Assembly: GCA_910585785.1 (NCBI GenBank)
Contig: CAJUEV010000008.1
Span: forward strand, 682-64,681
DNA: 64,000 bases
Reading direction: 5' to 3'
From: an uncultured Christensenella sp.
Lineage (GTDB): Bacteria; Bacillota; Clostridia; Christensenellales; Borkfalkiaceae
Below are positions 43,239-53,413 of this stretch, in pieces; position 1 is the stretch's first letter, and each line of letters starts with the position of its first letter. The position numbers and the translations under genes are program-made. The notes beneath the pieces were generated by a model. The model saw only the letters and a list, made by a program, of their open reading frames with translations. It was not told the origin of the DNA and did not search any database.

Positions 43239-44147
43239 TTAGTTTTTCTTCATCGATTCGATTTGCTTTGCAACTTCGTCTTGAAGGTTTTCGTTTTTCT
43301 TTTCAAGTCCTTCGCCCATTTCAAAACGAACGAAACGGGTTACTTTAAACTTGTTACCTATAACCTGAGAAACTTTCATAGAATCGTCTTTAACGAAAGG
43401 CTGCTCCATAAGGCAGTTTTCCGAGTAGAACTTGCCCATTTTGCCGGCAACGATTTTTTCAAGAATTTCCTTGGGTTTGTTTGCGTTTTTCGGGTCGCCC
43501 TGCATCTGAACAAGCATAATTTCCTTTTCCTTGTCCAAAACTTCCGCGGGAACGTCCGCAGAAACAAGATAAGCGGGTTTGGACGCGGCAATTTGCAGCG
43601 CAACGTCGTGCAACGTTTCTTCGCCGCCTGCCTTGAAGTCAACCGCTTCAACCATAACGCCTACTTTGCCGCCCATATGGATATACGTTTCAAGTTTGCC
43701 CTTCGTTTCAAAAATTTCAAAACGACGGATAGAAATTTTTTCGCCTATAACAGCGGTCTGGTTTGTAACAAAGTCCTTTACGGTTTCATTGCCAAGTTTG
43801 CACGCGCCAAGCGCCTCTACGTCGGCGGGCTTGTTTTCGGCAACAACTTTCGCAACGGAATCAACTATTCCGTGGAATTTTTCACCGCGGGAAACAAAGT
43901 CGCTTTCGCAGTTGATTTCTATAAGCACGCCTACGCCGCACTTGTCGCACACATACGCACCGACAACGCCCTCCGCAGCGATTCTGCCTTCCTTTTTAAC
44001 CGCTTTCGCTATGCCGCGCTCTCTCAACAATTCAACTGCTTTTTCCATATCGCCGTTGGCGTCGGTAAGCGCCTTTTTGCAATCCAGCATACCCGCGCCG
44101 CTTTTGTCGCGCAGCGCCATTACGTCCTTTGCGGTAAATTCTGCCAT
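43239..44147 (-). CDS. tsf: Translation elongation factor Ts
   Basis: MAEFTAKDVMALRDKSGAGMLDCKKAL (UBA-like N-terminus) and full-length EF-Ts architecture. Confidence 0.95.
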   Translation of the reverse strand: MAEFTAKDVMALRDKSGAGMLDCKKALTDANGDMEKAVELLRERGIAKAVKKEGRIAAEGVVGAYVCDKCGVGVLIEINCESDFVSRGEKFHGIVDSVAKVVAENKPADVEALGACKLGNETVKDFVTNQTAVIGEKISIRRFEIFETKGKLETYIHMGGKVGVMVEAVDFKAGGEETLHDVALQIAASKPAYLVSADVPAEVLDKEKEIMLVQMQGDPKNANKPKEILEKIVAGKMGKFYSENCLMEQPFVKDDSMKVSQVIGNKFKVTRFVRFEMGEGLEKKNENLQDEVAKQIESMKKN

Positions 44148-44162
44148 AATTCTACTTCCTCC

Positions 44163-45026
44163 TTACTCCGCGTCCTCTGCGGTTTCGGTCTTTTTCTTTC
44201 TGGTCGTCTTTTTGGGCGCTTCTTCCTTGGCTTCTGCGGGAGCGTCTTCCTGAACGCCTGCGGAAACAGCCGCTTCAACCGCCGCCACAACTTCCTCTAT
44301 GGAAGCGGGAATTTTTTCTTCTTCTATGGGAAGAACGGGCGTTTCACCCTGATTTGCTTCAATAACCGCGTTTGCGATTACGGAAGATATAAGTTTTACC
44401 GCACGGATAGCGTCGTCGTTACCGGGGATAACGTAGTCGATAACGTCGGGGTCGCAGTTTGTATCGGTAATTGCCACGATGGGTATATTAAGTTTGCGCG
44501 CTTCCGCTACGGCAATATCTTCGTTATGAGGGTCGACGATAAACATAACTCCGGGAAGTTTGGTCATCTCTCTTATGCCGCCGAGGTTTGCTTCAAGCTT
44601 TGCAAATTCTTCTTTAAGTTTTGCAACTTCCTTTTTGGGAAGCAAGTCAAACTCGCCGCTCTGTTCCATCTTTTCGATTTTAACCATTCTGTCGATACGC
44701 GAACGAATGGTTTTGAAGTTGGTCAGCGTGCCGCCCAACCAGCGCGAGTTTACATAATACATTCCGCAGCGCTCCGCTTCTTCCTTGATAGCGTCCTGAG
44801 CCTGCTTTTTGGTGCCGACGAAAAGTACGGTTTTGTTGTCCTTTACGCTTTCGCATACAAACTTGTACGCTTCTTCAATACATTCAACGGTAATCTGCAA
44901 GTCGATAATATGAATATCGTTGCGCGCCGCATAGATGTATTTGGACATCTTGGGGTTCCATTTTCTCGTCTGGTGCCCGAAGTGTACGCCCGCTTCGAGC
45001 AGTTGCTTCATTGATATAACTGCCAT
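44163..45026 (-). CDS. rpsB: 30S ribosomal protein S2 (with acidic/basic C-terminal extension)
   Basis: [22 protein letters not shown] signature. Conserved rpsB-tsf order. Confidence 0.95.
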   Translation of the reverse strand: MAVISMKQLLEAGVHFGHQTRKWNPKMSKYIYAARNDIHIIDLQITVECIEEAYKFVCESVKDNKTVLFVGTKKQAQDAIKEEAERCGMYYVNSRWLGGTLTNFKTIRSRIDRMVKIEKMEQSGEFDLLPKKEVAKLKEEFAKLEANLGGIREMTKLPGVMFIVDPHNEDIAVAEARKLNIPIVAITDTNCDPDVIDYVIPGNDDAIRAVKLISSVIANAVIEANQGETPVLPIEEEKIPASIEEVVAAVEAAVSAGVQEDAPAEAKEEAPKKTTRKKKTETAEDAE

Positions 45027-45210
45027 TTTAATTCCTCCGTTTTGCCTCCCCGCGGAAAGCGGCTTTTACGGCGTTTGATACGCGGCAATTAAACAGATTT
45101 TGCCGCCACGGAACGCCCGCCCCGCGAGTGTGAATTTTTACAGCGCTGATATTTTAACAGAATAGCCGCCGTTTGTAAAGCGGTTTTTTGCGTTGTTTTG
45201 CAAATTATCG

Positions 45211-45444
45211 TCACTCTATTATTAATTTTTTGCGGTAAATCAATTGCGCAAGAGGCATATTTAACGCGTCGGCAATTTTTACCGGCAACTTTATTGTAAG
45301 CCTGCTTTGGTCGGCTCCGCCAAGGTATTTTTTTATTGTTCTTTCGCTATACCCCGTACACTCCGCCAAATCGCGCGCGTTTAGCCCCCTTTCGTCCATT
45401 ATACCTTTTATTAGTTCTATATTTAAAAAATGTGTTTTAGGCAT
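45211..45444 (-). CDS. Small XRE/Cro-like HTH protein (77 aa)
   Basis: LNARDLAECTGYSERTIKKYLGG HTH. Divergent from a second HTH gene. Confidence 0.65.
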   Translation of the reverse strand: MPKTHFLNIELIKGIMDERGLNARDLAECTGYSERTIKKYLGGADQSRLTIKLPVKIADALNMPLAQLIYRKKLIIE

Positions 45445-45483
45445 AACTTTTCACCTTGTTTTGCTGTTTTTTAATTATTTTAT

Positions 45484-45527
45484 GCCAAAATTTTTGGCAA
45501 GTCAAGTATTTTGCCAAAATTTTTGGA
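45484..45527. promoter_or_regulatory. Two copies of a 15-bp palindrome GCCAAAATTTTTGGC between divergent HTH genes
   Basis: GCCAAAATTTTTGGC at 45484-45498 (perfect palindrome) and GCCAAAATTTTTGGA at 45513-45527. Centre-to-centre spacing is 29 bp. Confidence 0.6.
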
Positions 45528-45543
45528 CAATAGGTTTTAACTT

Positions 45544-45744
45544 ATGATAACAATAAAATTTGCTGAAAATTTAAAAAATTTGAGATTAGAAAAAGGCTTT
45601 TCCCAAAGCGACCTCGCAAAAATTTTGGGCGTAGACCGCCGAACCGTGAGCGCGTGGGAAAACAAAATATGCGAACCGAGTTTTGAAATGCTGGGAAAGC
45701 TTTGCGACGTCTTCGACGAAAGCTTGGAAAATATTTTAACCTGA
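45544..45744 (+). CDS. XRE-family HTH protein (66 aa)
   Basis: LKNLRLEKGFSQSDLAKILGVDRRTVSAWENK. Confidence 0.75.
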   Translation: MITIKFAENLKNLRLEKGFSQSDLAKILGVDRRTVSAWENKICEPSFEMLGKLCDVFDESLENILT

Positions 45745-45882
45745 AAAGCAAATTCGGGAAGGGAACGAAATTTTATTAAACGCAAATATTCGCTTTGTAA
45801 ATTTAATTATGTAAATACTTGTGGCGGCGTTCAAAAGAACGCCGCCACAAGTTTATTTTTTATTTTTTATAGACTTTAAAAC

Positions 45883-48549
45883 TTATGCCTTTGCTTTCAA
45901 CTTGCGGTCGGCGGTTTTTGCAGGCTTTTCCGCAAGCAATTTTTTGCCTTTGCCCCGCGAATATGCGCGAAGCAACAGTTTATAAAGTTCGCCTACGGGT
46001 ATTATTGAAAGCGAAGTGCCGAAAACCGTAAGCCACTGCTTCCAATCCATTGCCGTAAGTCCGAACGCGGACGACAGCGGGCTTACGCACAAAATCACGT
46101 TCACGCCCACCCCCGCAAGCACGGTAAACAACAACATTTTGTTTGCGAACATTCCTTTGCCGAAGCCTGACTGCCTTTCCGAACGGATATTGAAAGCCTG
46201 AAACAACTCCAAAAACGAAATCGTCATAAACGTCATAGTAGTGGCGACCTCGTTGCCCCAGACGGACAGCGCGCCGACAAAAACTCCAATCGTAGCCGCC
46301 GTCATAAACAGCCCGTAAAAGGCAATTGAAAGCAGCGATGACTTTGAAAAAATACTCTTTTCTGCGCGTTCCGGCGGGCGCGACATACAGTCCGCGTCCT
46401 GTTTTTCCATACCCAACGCAAGCACGGGAAAACTGTCCGTAATCAAATTAAGCCACAACAACTGCGTTGAAAGCAGAAAGTCGAATTTGAAAAGGAAGAC
46501 CGAAGCGATGAAAATTGCAAGCACTTCCGCAACGTTTGTAGAAAGAAAAAACTGAATTGTTTTTTTGACGTTGGCGGAAATTCTTCTGCCTTCGCGCACA
46601 GCGGAAACTATGGTTGTGAAATTGTCGTCCGTGATAACCATATCGGAAGCGCTTTTGGTGACGTCGGTGCCCGATATGCCCATAGCTATGCCTATATCCG
46701 CGCTTTTTATGCTGGGCGCGTCGTTTATTCCGTCCCCCGTCATCGCGGCGACTTTGCCGCGCCGCTGCAACGCCTTGACAATCATATTTTTGTGTTTGGG
46801 CGAAACCCTTGCAAATACTTTACAATTTTCTATCGCGCCGTCACGCTGTTTGGGAGTAAGCGCGTCAAGCTGCTCGCCCGTCATTACTTCGGACATATCC
46901 TGCGCTATACCAAGTTTTTTTGCTATTGCAAACGCGGTGCGCACGTGGTCGCCCGTAATCATTACGGTTGAAATACCGGCGCGGCGGCACTCCTCAACCG
47001 CCTCGGCAACGCCCGCTTTAAGCCCGTCGCTCATACCGCATAAGCCTATAAAAATAAGATTTTCTTCCGAAATTTTTCCGCCGACGTAGGGGGCGTAAGC
47101 AAACCCCAAAACGCGCAAAGCCTCGTCGCTCATTGCGTTGTTTTCACCCGTTACTGCTTTTTTATCGCTTTCGGAAAGCGGCTTTACTCCGTTTTCCGTC
47201 AATATCTGCGTGCACTTTTCTATCAATATGTCGGGCGCGCCCTTGGTGAAAATTATTTTTTCACCGTCCGTTTCCGCCGCGACGGACATCATTTTACGCT
47301 CGGAAGTGAAAGGCAGTTCGGCAAGCCTTATAAACTGACGGTCAAAACCGCAGTCGTCGGCGCATATCCTAAGGGCAACTTCGGTAGGGTCGCCCAGATA
47401 GCCGCCCTTTGCGCCCTTCACGCCCGTACATACCGCCATACACTGCAAAAGACGCGTTGCCCCCGACATATCCGCTGTTGAAACGCGTTTACCGTTGAAA
47501 TACGCCGTTTCCACCTTCAACTTGTTTTCAGTCAGCGTACCCGTTTTGTCAGAGCAAATAACCGAGCATCCACCCAGCGTTTCCACCGATTTCAACTTTC
47601 TTATTACAACGCCCTTTTTGCTCATTCTCTGTACGCCCATTGCCATTATTATGGTTACTACCGCGGGAAGCCCTTCGGGAATAGCCGCAACCGCTATCGC
47701 GACGGACGTCATAAAGTTTTTAAGCAATCCGTCCGAACGCACGAATATGCCCATAACAAAAATTATGGCAGTTACCGCAAGCACAAACGCAGAAATTATT
47801 TTGCCTAGTTTGTCAAGACTTTTTTCAAGCGGGGTTTTAACCGCCTTGCCGCCCTGCAACATCGCCGCGATTTTGCCCATTTCCGTCTGCATACCCACCG
47901 CTGTTACCACCGCTACGCCGTTGCCGCGCACCACGAAGGTTGAGCCGAAAAGGGTGTTTGTCATATTGCCAAGCGCAACTTTATTGCCGTGTATGCGCGC
48001 GGAATTTTTTTCCACTGCGGCGCTTTCGCCCGTCAAAGCCGCCTCGTCGCAGTAAAGCGAGTTGCTTTCCAAGACGCGGCAGTCGGCGGGGATTACGTCC
48101 CCTTCCTCAAACAGCACTATGTCGCCCACCGTCAAATCTTCGCAGGGGATTACAAGGTCCTTGCCCTCGCGCCTGACTTTGCAAAATGACGCGGACAGTT
48201 TTTTTAAATTTTCTATCGCCTTATCCGCGCGGAATTGCTGAATTGCACCCACAAGCGCGTTTACGAAAATTATAACCAAAATTATAACCGTATCGGTTAA
48301 ATCGTTTTTGTCCTTCGATAAAAACGCAATCAAACCGGAAACGGCTGCCGCCGCAATAAGCAGGATTGTCATAAAATCCTTAAATTGCGAAAAAAACAGT
48401 TTTATAAATCCCGTGCTTTTACCCTTTTCAAGCTGGTTTTTGCCGTATTTTTCAAGTCTGGCGGCGGCTTCCGCCTGCGGCAGCCCGCTTGTAGAACTTT
48501 TCAGTTTTTTAAGCGTCTGTTCCGCTTCTTCAAAACAATAATTGCCCAT
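45883..48549 (-). CDS. P-type cation-transporting ATPase (P2-type, Ca2+-ATPase-like)
   Basis: CSDKTGTLT phosphorylation motif, PEGLPAV in TM4, TGDGINDAP hinge, TGES actuator motif. Confidence 0.9.
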   Translation of the reverse strand: MGNYCFEEAEQTLKKLKSSTSGLPQAEAAARLEKYGKNQLEKGKSTGFIKLFFSQFKDFMTILLIAAAAVSGLIAFLSKDKNDLTDTVIILVIIFVNALVGAIQQFRADKAIENLKKLSASFCKVRREGKDLVIPCEDLTVGDIVLFEEGDVIPADCRVLESNSLYCDEAALTGESAAVEKNSARIHGNKVALGNMTNTLFGSTFVVRGNGVAVVTAVGMQTEMGKIAAMLQGGKAVKTPLEKSLDKLGKIISAFVLAVTAIIFVMGIFVRSDGLLKNFMTSVAIAVAAIPEGLPAVVTIIMAMGVQRMSKKGVVIRKLKSVETLGGCSVICSDKTGTLTENKLKVETAYFNGKRVSTADMSGATRLLQCMAVCTGVKGAKGGYLGDPTEVALRICADDCGFDRQFIRLAELPFTSERKMMSVAAETDGEKIIFTKGAPDILIEKCTQILTENGVKPLSESDKKAVTGENNAMSDEALRVLGFAYAPYVGGKISEENLIFIGLCGMSDGLKAGVAEAVEECRRAGISTVMITGDHVRTAFAIAKKLGIAQDMSEVMTGEQLDALTPKQRDGAIENCKVFARVSPKHKNMIVKALQRRGKVAAMTGDGINDAPSIKSADIGIAMGISGTDVTKSASDMVITDDNFTTIVSAVREGRRISANVKKTIQFFLSTNVAEVLAIFIASVFLFKFDFLLSTQLLWLNLITDSFPVLALGMEKQDADCMSRPPERAEKSIFSKSSLLSIAFYGLFMTAATIGVFVGALSVWGNEVATTMTFMTISFLELFQAFNIRSERQSGFGKGMFANKMLLFTVLAGVGVNVILCVSPLSSAFGLTAMDWKQWLTVFGTSLSIIPVGELYKLLLRAYSRGKGKKLLAEKPAKTADRKLKAKA

Positions 48550-48661
48550 ACGATACCTCTTTATTAAGGTATTCGCGGCTTGTACGCGATATGATAAAAG
48601 CCCCGTCCTCTGTCGGAACGGGGCAAGTTGTTTTAAGTTTTAAACAAATTTTAATCAACGA

Positions 48662-49879
48662 TTACGCAGGCAAAATTTCTTTTTTTGTTTCCTCATTTCC
48701 CTGCTTAACTTCTTGTTTATCCAACTCGGGAAAACGCGTAAGCAAAAGTTTATAAATTTCTTTCGCCGCCTCCGTCGCACCGTAATTTGCGTGCTGCGCA
48801 GCCGCGGCTTCTTTAAACGGCTTTAACCGCTCGGGATGTTGCAAAAATTCTTCTATTTTGTCCACAACCTTTCTGGATTTGAATATCCTCATAGCGCTTT
48901 TTACGGTCTTTACGTAATACTCGCCGTTATGCTGCTCTATACTCGTCGCGTACTCCGTTATTATCTGCGGAATACCGAAAAAGCAAGTTTCGGCAATCAT
49001 ACTCGCGCCGCTTTTGCCGCAAAACAAGTCGGCGGTTGCCAACACTTCAAAAATGTTTGCAACCAAGCCCATAGGGCGGCAATCGGTTTGCCCTTCAACC
49101 TTCAAATTAAGCAGTTCTTTATAAAGTTCGGTGTTTTTACCGCATACTGGCACTATGGTGACGGGCAAATCTCGTTCTATAATCAGTTTGCATATCGTCG
49201 CCATTTTTCCGACGCCGTAGCCGCCTTCCGCAAGCACTACCGTAAACTTATCGGGGTCCAAACCCAATTTTTTGCGCATAGCCCGCTTGTCCGTAGGCGC
49301 GGAAAACACTTCGCTTCTTATAAGAAAGGGTACAAGTTTTAAATTTTGCGTGTTATAACGCAAAGGGTGATGTTTAAGCGCGCTTTTATAGCCCGTTTCC
49401 GCCGAAATCAAAGTCAAATCGCAAGGATACCTGAAAACGTCGTACAAATGCGCGTCCGGACAGTACATAGCCGTAAGCGGTTTGCTTTTGCACTTTTTTG
49501 CAAAGTAGTTTGTCGCCCAATGAGTGCTTACAACCAAATCGGGAGCGAGCTCGTCCATATGCTTTATTCCGCCGTTTTTTGCGCCCGGTTTCCAAAGCGA
49601 CATTGCGGCGTTTACCGCTCCGCGCGGCCCGACAAGATTCATTCCCAGCATACACAAATAGCCGTAAAACGAACTTTTATTGTACTTTATGACTTCTTTT
49701 TTGAATCCGTCCTGCAACTTTATAAGTTTTTCGTCCCCGCCTTCGGTAAAAAAGTCCGAGCGCACGCACTCGACTTTATCTCCGTAAAGGCGTTCAAATT
49801 CGTCCGCAACGCTTCTCATAGGCATAATATGCCCGAAACCCGCTTCGGTATATGGAAATATAACTCTCGGTTTATTCAC
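48662..49879 (-). CDS. MGDG-synthase-family glycosyltransferase (GT28; diacylglycerol glycosyltransferase-like)
   Basis: N-terminus IFPYTEAGFGHIMPMRSVADEF and C-terminal GKSGASMIAE pattern, as in UgtP/MGDG synthase-type enzymes. Confidence 0.7.
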   Translation of the reverse strand: MNKPRVIFPYTEAGFGHIMPMRSVADEFERLYGDKVECVRSDFFTEGGDEKLIKLQDGFKKEVIKYNKSSFYGYLCMLGMNLVGPRGAVNAAMSLWKPGAKNGGIKHMDELAPDLVVSTHWATNYFAKKCKSKPLTAMYCPDAHLYDVFRYPCDLTLISAETGYKSALKHHPLRYNTQNLKLVPFLIRSEVFSAPTDKRAMRKKLGLDPDKFTVVLAEGGYGVGKMATICKLIIERDLPVTIVPVCGKNTELYKELLNLKVEGQTDCRPMGLVANIFEVLATADLFCGKSGASMIAETCFFGIPQIITEYATSIEQHNGEYYVKTVKSAMRIFKSRKVVDKIEEFLQHPERLKPFKEAAAAQHANYGATEAAKEIYKLLLTRFPELDKQEVKQGNEETKKEILPA

Positions 49880-50354
49880 GCGCGCACGTTCCTTAAAAAA
49901 GCTTTTTTTTATTTTACCACATTAAAACAGTCTAATCAACTCTTTTAAAAACAAAAAATTGCTTACCGTACTTCTGATACGGATTATAGCCAATCATTCG
50001 GCAAAAAATAAATTAAAACACACAATAAAATGTTTCCGTTGAGCGACTATCCCAATTACGTTAAAACGTCAACAACAATCCGCAGCCTTCGTCGGTAGCG
50101 CTTTCATACAAAGCAACCCCTTTAAAAAATTTTTTGTACTTACGTACGTTAAAATTATATATTATCGCGCCGACAAAATCAAGCATATAATTATCGGTGA
50201 TAATCGGCGCAAAAAAAGCGGCTAAACCGCACTTCCCATAGGGAATAAATAAACTAAATTTTTAAAAGTTGCACTTTCAAGCGAGAAAAAAACTCTCGAA
50301 CGATATGTTCGGGAGCTTCTTAAATACGCACTATTTAGAAAAATAAATTGAAAT

Positions 50355-50825
50355 TTAACGTTCAAATCTAAAATATTTGAAACCGTATTCTTCTCTAATA
50401 AACTTAAATCCGACTCGTTCAAGCACGTGTTGACTACGAGTATTTTTTATAATCGTATCAGCATTTACAGCAACCATATTCAACACTTCAAAGGCATATT
50501 GTATTGCCAACTGCTCTGCACGTGTGCCATATCCTTTACCTTTCACACTATCATTTTGCAAATGTATGCTCAATGTACATTCCCGACTTGTTCGATTTAT
50601 GTCTTTTAATTGCAACTCTCCAATCGGTTTCCCATTTTTCATTATTGCAAACAGAATGCGAGATGGATTTTGTTTTGTTTCAAAATATTTATTTACGGCG
50701 TTTTCCTCATATTCGTATGCTGTAAACAAACGCATATCCATATAAATCGAAGGGTCATTTTCCCAATCTCTGTATAACTGATGACAAAGTTCTCTTGTCA
50801 TTATACGAAGAGAAATTTCGTCCAT
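50355..50825 (-). CDS. GNAT-family N-acetyltransferase (RimJ/RimL-like)
   Basis: KGKGYGTRAEQLAIQYAFEVL acetyl-CoA-binding motif. Lies in an AT-rich pocket flanked by about 0.3-0.4 kb of noncoding DNA. Confidence 0.8.
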   Translation of the reverse strand: MDEISLRIMTRELCHQLYRDWENDPSIYMDMRLFTAYEYEENAVNKYFETKQNPSRILFAIMKNGKPIGELQLKDINRTSRECTLSIHLQNDSVKGKGYGTRAEQLAIQYAFEVLNMVAVNADTIIKNTRSQHVLERVGFKFIREEYGFKYFRFER

Positions 50826-51071
50826 ACATACCTCTAAATTACTGTTTATCGTACAATCATTATATCACGAAAAATGAAAGAGCGCAACCGATTGAATTTT
50901 GCGGGAAATATAAAACATATCTATATCTTACTAGGCTACGAGTAGCCTAGTTCGTCCACGAAAAAGAGTACAGAAAAGGCACAGCCTAACGCTATGCCTA
51001 AATCTTTTATTTGCGTTTTATTTCCCTATGGGAACTGCGATAAACCGCCGTTTTTTTATTTTATTAAAAAC

Positions 51072-51512
51072 TCAGTCTTCTTCAAAATGCTCGTGTTCGT
51101 CGCCGTGCGGCTCGGGAAACTGCGCCTTGTCGTAAGCGATACCGTTTTTATCGTAATAATCCTTAATAGCCGAACGTATTGCCTCCTCCGCAAGCACCGA
51201 ACAGTGCATTTTGTGCGCGGGAAGCCCGTCAAGCGCCTCGGCAACGGCTTTATTGGTAAGTTCAAGCGCCTGCGACAAAGGCTTGCCCTTTATGAGTTCG
51301 GTAGCCATTGAAGAAGAAGCGATGGCGCTGCCGCATCCGAAAGTTTTAAACTTTACGTCCGCTATTATGCCGTTTTCTATTTTAAGATATATTTTCATTA
51401 TGTCGCCGCATCTGGCGTTGCCCACTTCGCCCACACCGTCCGCGTCCTCTATTATGCCCACGTTGCGTGGATTGTTGAAATGGTCCATAACCTTTTCGCT
51501 GTAAAGTGCCAT
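51072..51512 (-). CDS. nifU: Fe-S cluster assembly scaffold NifU/IscU
   Basis: YSEKVMDHFNNPRNVG, NARCGDIM, FGCGSAIASSS and HCSVLAEEA motifs. Confidence 0.95.
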   Translation of the reverse strand: MALYSEKVMDHFNNPRNVGIIEDADGVGEVGNARCGDIMKIYLKIENGIIADVKFKTFGCGSAIASSSMATELIKGKPLSQALELTNKAVAEALDGLPAHKMHCSVLAEEAIRSAIKDYYDKNGIAYDKAQFPEPHGDEHEHFEED

Positions 51513-51536
51513 ATATTTACTCCTTATTGTAAATTC

Positions 51537-52733
51537 TTAAATAAAATGTCTTATTTTTCCGCTTGTTAAATCGTCCCAGAAAGACGATACTTTTCTTACT
51601 TTATCAACCGCGTCGGGCACGGTTTTAATTATATAGTCAATTTCTTCTTCCGTGTTTTCGGGCGAAAGGGTAAGCCTTAACGAACCGTGCGCAATTTCGT
51701 GCGGAAGCCCCAGCGCCAGCAAAACGTGCGAGGGCTCTAACGAAGCGGTTGTGCAAGCCGAACCGCTTGAAGCGCATATACCGGCGGCGTCAAGGTGCAA
51801 AAGCAAACTTTCACCCTCCGTCCCCTCAAAGCAGATATTTACGTTATTGGGCAATCTGCGCGCCCTGTCGCCGTTAAGTTTAGAGTGCGGTATTTTCAAA
51901 AGCCCGTCTATAAGCCTTTCGCGCAAGGCAAGCAACTTGCTTGAATTTTTTTGCATATTTTCGCAAGCGTTTTCCAAAGCCGCAGCCATTGCAACGGCGC
52001 CCGCTATATTTTCGGTGCCGGCGCGTTTGCCGCGCTCCTGCGCGCCGCCTTCCACCAACACGGCAAGTGGCACTCCGCGCCTGCAATACAGCGCGCCCAC
52101 GCCCTTTGGTCCGTGAAATTTATGCGCAGAAAGCGAAAGCATATCGATATTTTCCGCCTTTACGTCGACGGGAACGTGCCCCACCGCCTGAACCGCGTCC
52201 GTATGGAAAACCACCCCTCTTTCTCTGCACGCAGCGCCTATTTCCTTTACGGGCTGAATTGTGCCCACCTCGTTATTGGCGTACATAACCGTAACCAAAG
52301 CGGTGTCGGGACGGATTGCCGCGGCAACTTCCTCCGCGGTTACTATCCCGTTTTCGTGTACGTCAAGATAAGTTACCTCAAACCCCTCTTTTTCAAGTTT
52401 TTTCAAGGTGTGTAACACCGCGTGGTGCTCGAAAGCGGTTGTCACTATGTGCTTTTTGCCCTTTTTTGCGCCGTTTATCGCCGCGGAACGAATAGCCTGA
52501 TTGTCCGATTCGCTTCCGCCGGAAGTAAAATAAATTTCCTTCGCGTCGCAGTTTAGGCATTTCGCTATGATTGCGCGCGCATTATCAAGCGCTTCTTTGG
52601 CGGCTTGTCCCACGGAGTGCAGCGACGAAGGATTGCCGTAAACCTGTTTCAGATATGGCATCATTGCGGCAACGGCAACTTCGCTCATCGCGGTAGTGGC
52701 GGCGTTGTCCGCGTAAATTATTTTATTTTTCAA
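51537..52733 (-). CDS. nifS: Cysteine desulfurase NifS/IscS
   Basis: PLP-lysine SAHKFHGPKGVG and active-site SSGSACTT. Confidence 0.95.
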   Translation of the reverse strand: MKNKIIYADNAATTAMSEVAVAAMMPYLKQVYGNPSSLHSVGQAAKEALDNARAIIAKCLNCDAKEIYFTSGGSESDNQAIRSAAINGAKKGKKHIVTTAFEHHAVLHTLKKLEKEGFEVTYLDVHENGIVTAEEVAAAIRPDTALVTVMYANNEVGTIQPVKEIGAACRERGVVFHTDAVQAVGHVPVDVKAENIDMLSLSAHKFHGPKGVGALYCRRGVPLAVLVEGGAQERGKRAGTENIAGAVAMAAALENACENMQKNSSKLLALRERLIDGLLKIPHSKLNGDRARRLPNNVNICFEGTEGESLLLHLDAAGICASSGSACTTASLEPSHVLLALGLPHEIAHGSLRLTLSPENTEEEIDYIIKTVPDAVDKVRKVSSFWDDLTSGKIRHFI

Positions 52734-52838
52734 GATTTTATTTCCTATTCGATTAGTATGATTTGATTATAAAAAATAATTCCTACTTTGTCAATAGGAA
52801 TTAAGCCGTATTATAAATAAATTTAAATCGCAAAGGCG

Positions 52839-53390
52839 TTAATCTTCGCCGCCGCAAGCGCCGCCGCTTTCGTTTTTAAGTCTTCTGTATACCAACGAAA
52901 GTTCGGTTGCATAACCTTTTCCCCCGCCCTGCATACGGTACGCGCAGTCCGCGCATTTTTTTGCGGAAGCGTAATCCCCCAAATCGCAGAACGCCGCCGC
53001 AAGAGAGGTATAAAAGGGCACGGAAGCGGCTTTTCCGCCCAGAAGTTTCAAATATTTTTTGCCCGCTTCAACAGCCTCGCGCGGGCTGCCCGTCTGCCTT
53101 AACACGCTTGTAAGCATAGGCAGCGCTGCGCCGACAAATCCACGGTCGTATGCAAACTTTTCCAGCCCGTAAACACACGCGTTTTTTGCGGGAAGCACCT
53201 GCCCCGCGTCCTTTACCGACTTTATATACTCGATAAGTTTTTCGGAAGAAAGCGACGTGTAATCGGTTGCGGAAAAATAATTTTGCGCAAGTTTATCCGC
53301 AAGAGTTTTTTCCACCGACATAAAGGTTTCGTCATAAAACTGCCCCTTATGGAAGTAGTAATTTTCTCCTTCGTACTCAAACTTATCCAT
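52839..53390 (-). CDS. Hypothetical 183-aa helical (TPR-like) protein inside the Rrf2-nifS-nifU operon
   Basis: Same-strand ORF between the regulator and nifS. All-helical look with LGDYASAKKCADCAY-type repeats. Confidence 0.6.
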   Translation of the reverse strand: MDKFEYEGENYYFHKGQFYDETFMSVEKTLADKLAQNYFSATDYTSLSSEKLIEYIKSVKDAGQVLPAKNACVYGLEKFAYDRGFVGAALPMLTSVLRQTGSPREAVEAGKKYLKLLGGKAASVPFYTSLAAAFCDLGDYASAKKCADCAYRMQGGGKGYATELSLVYRRLKNESGGACGGED

Positions 53391-53413
53391 AGTTAAACCC
53401 TTTTTCGGCGCGG

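Noticed and set aside
43263-45014. 583-aa ORF on the plus strand spanning the tsf and rpsB region.
   Set aside because: It lies antisense to two highly conserved, unmistakable genes. Its F/N/R/V-rich low-complexity translation has no RBS. This is a classic shadow ORF.
50069-50107. 12-codon mini-ORF MKALPTKAADCC with a good SD (AAAGGGG, 9-nt spacing) on the minus strand downstream of the GNAT gene. Considered as a possible RiPP or signalling-peptide precursor.
   Set aside because: It is too short for any statistical support. No maturation, export or sensor genes are adjacent. It would need peptidomics or conservation evidence.
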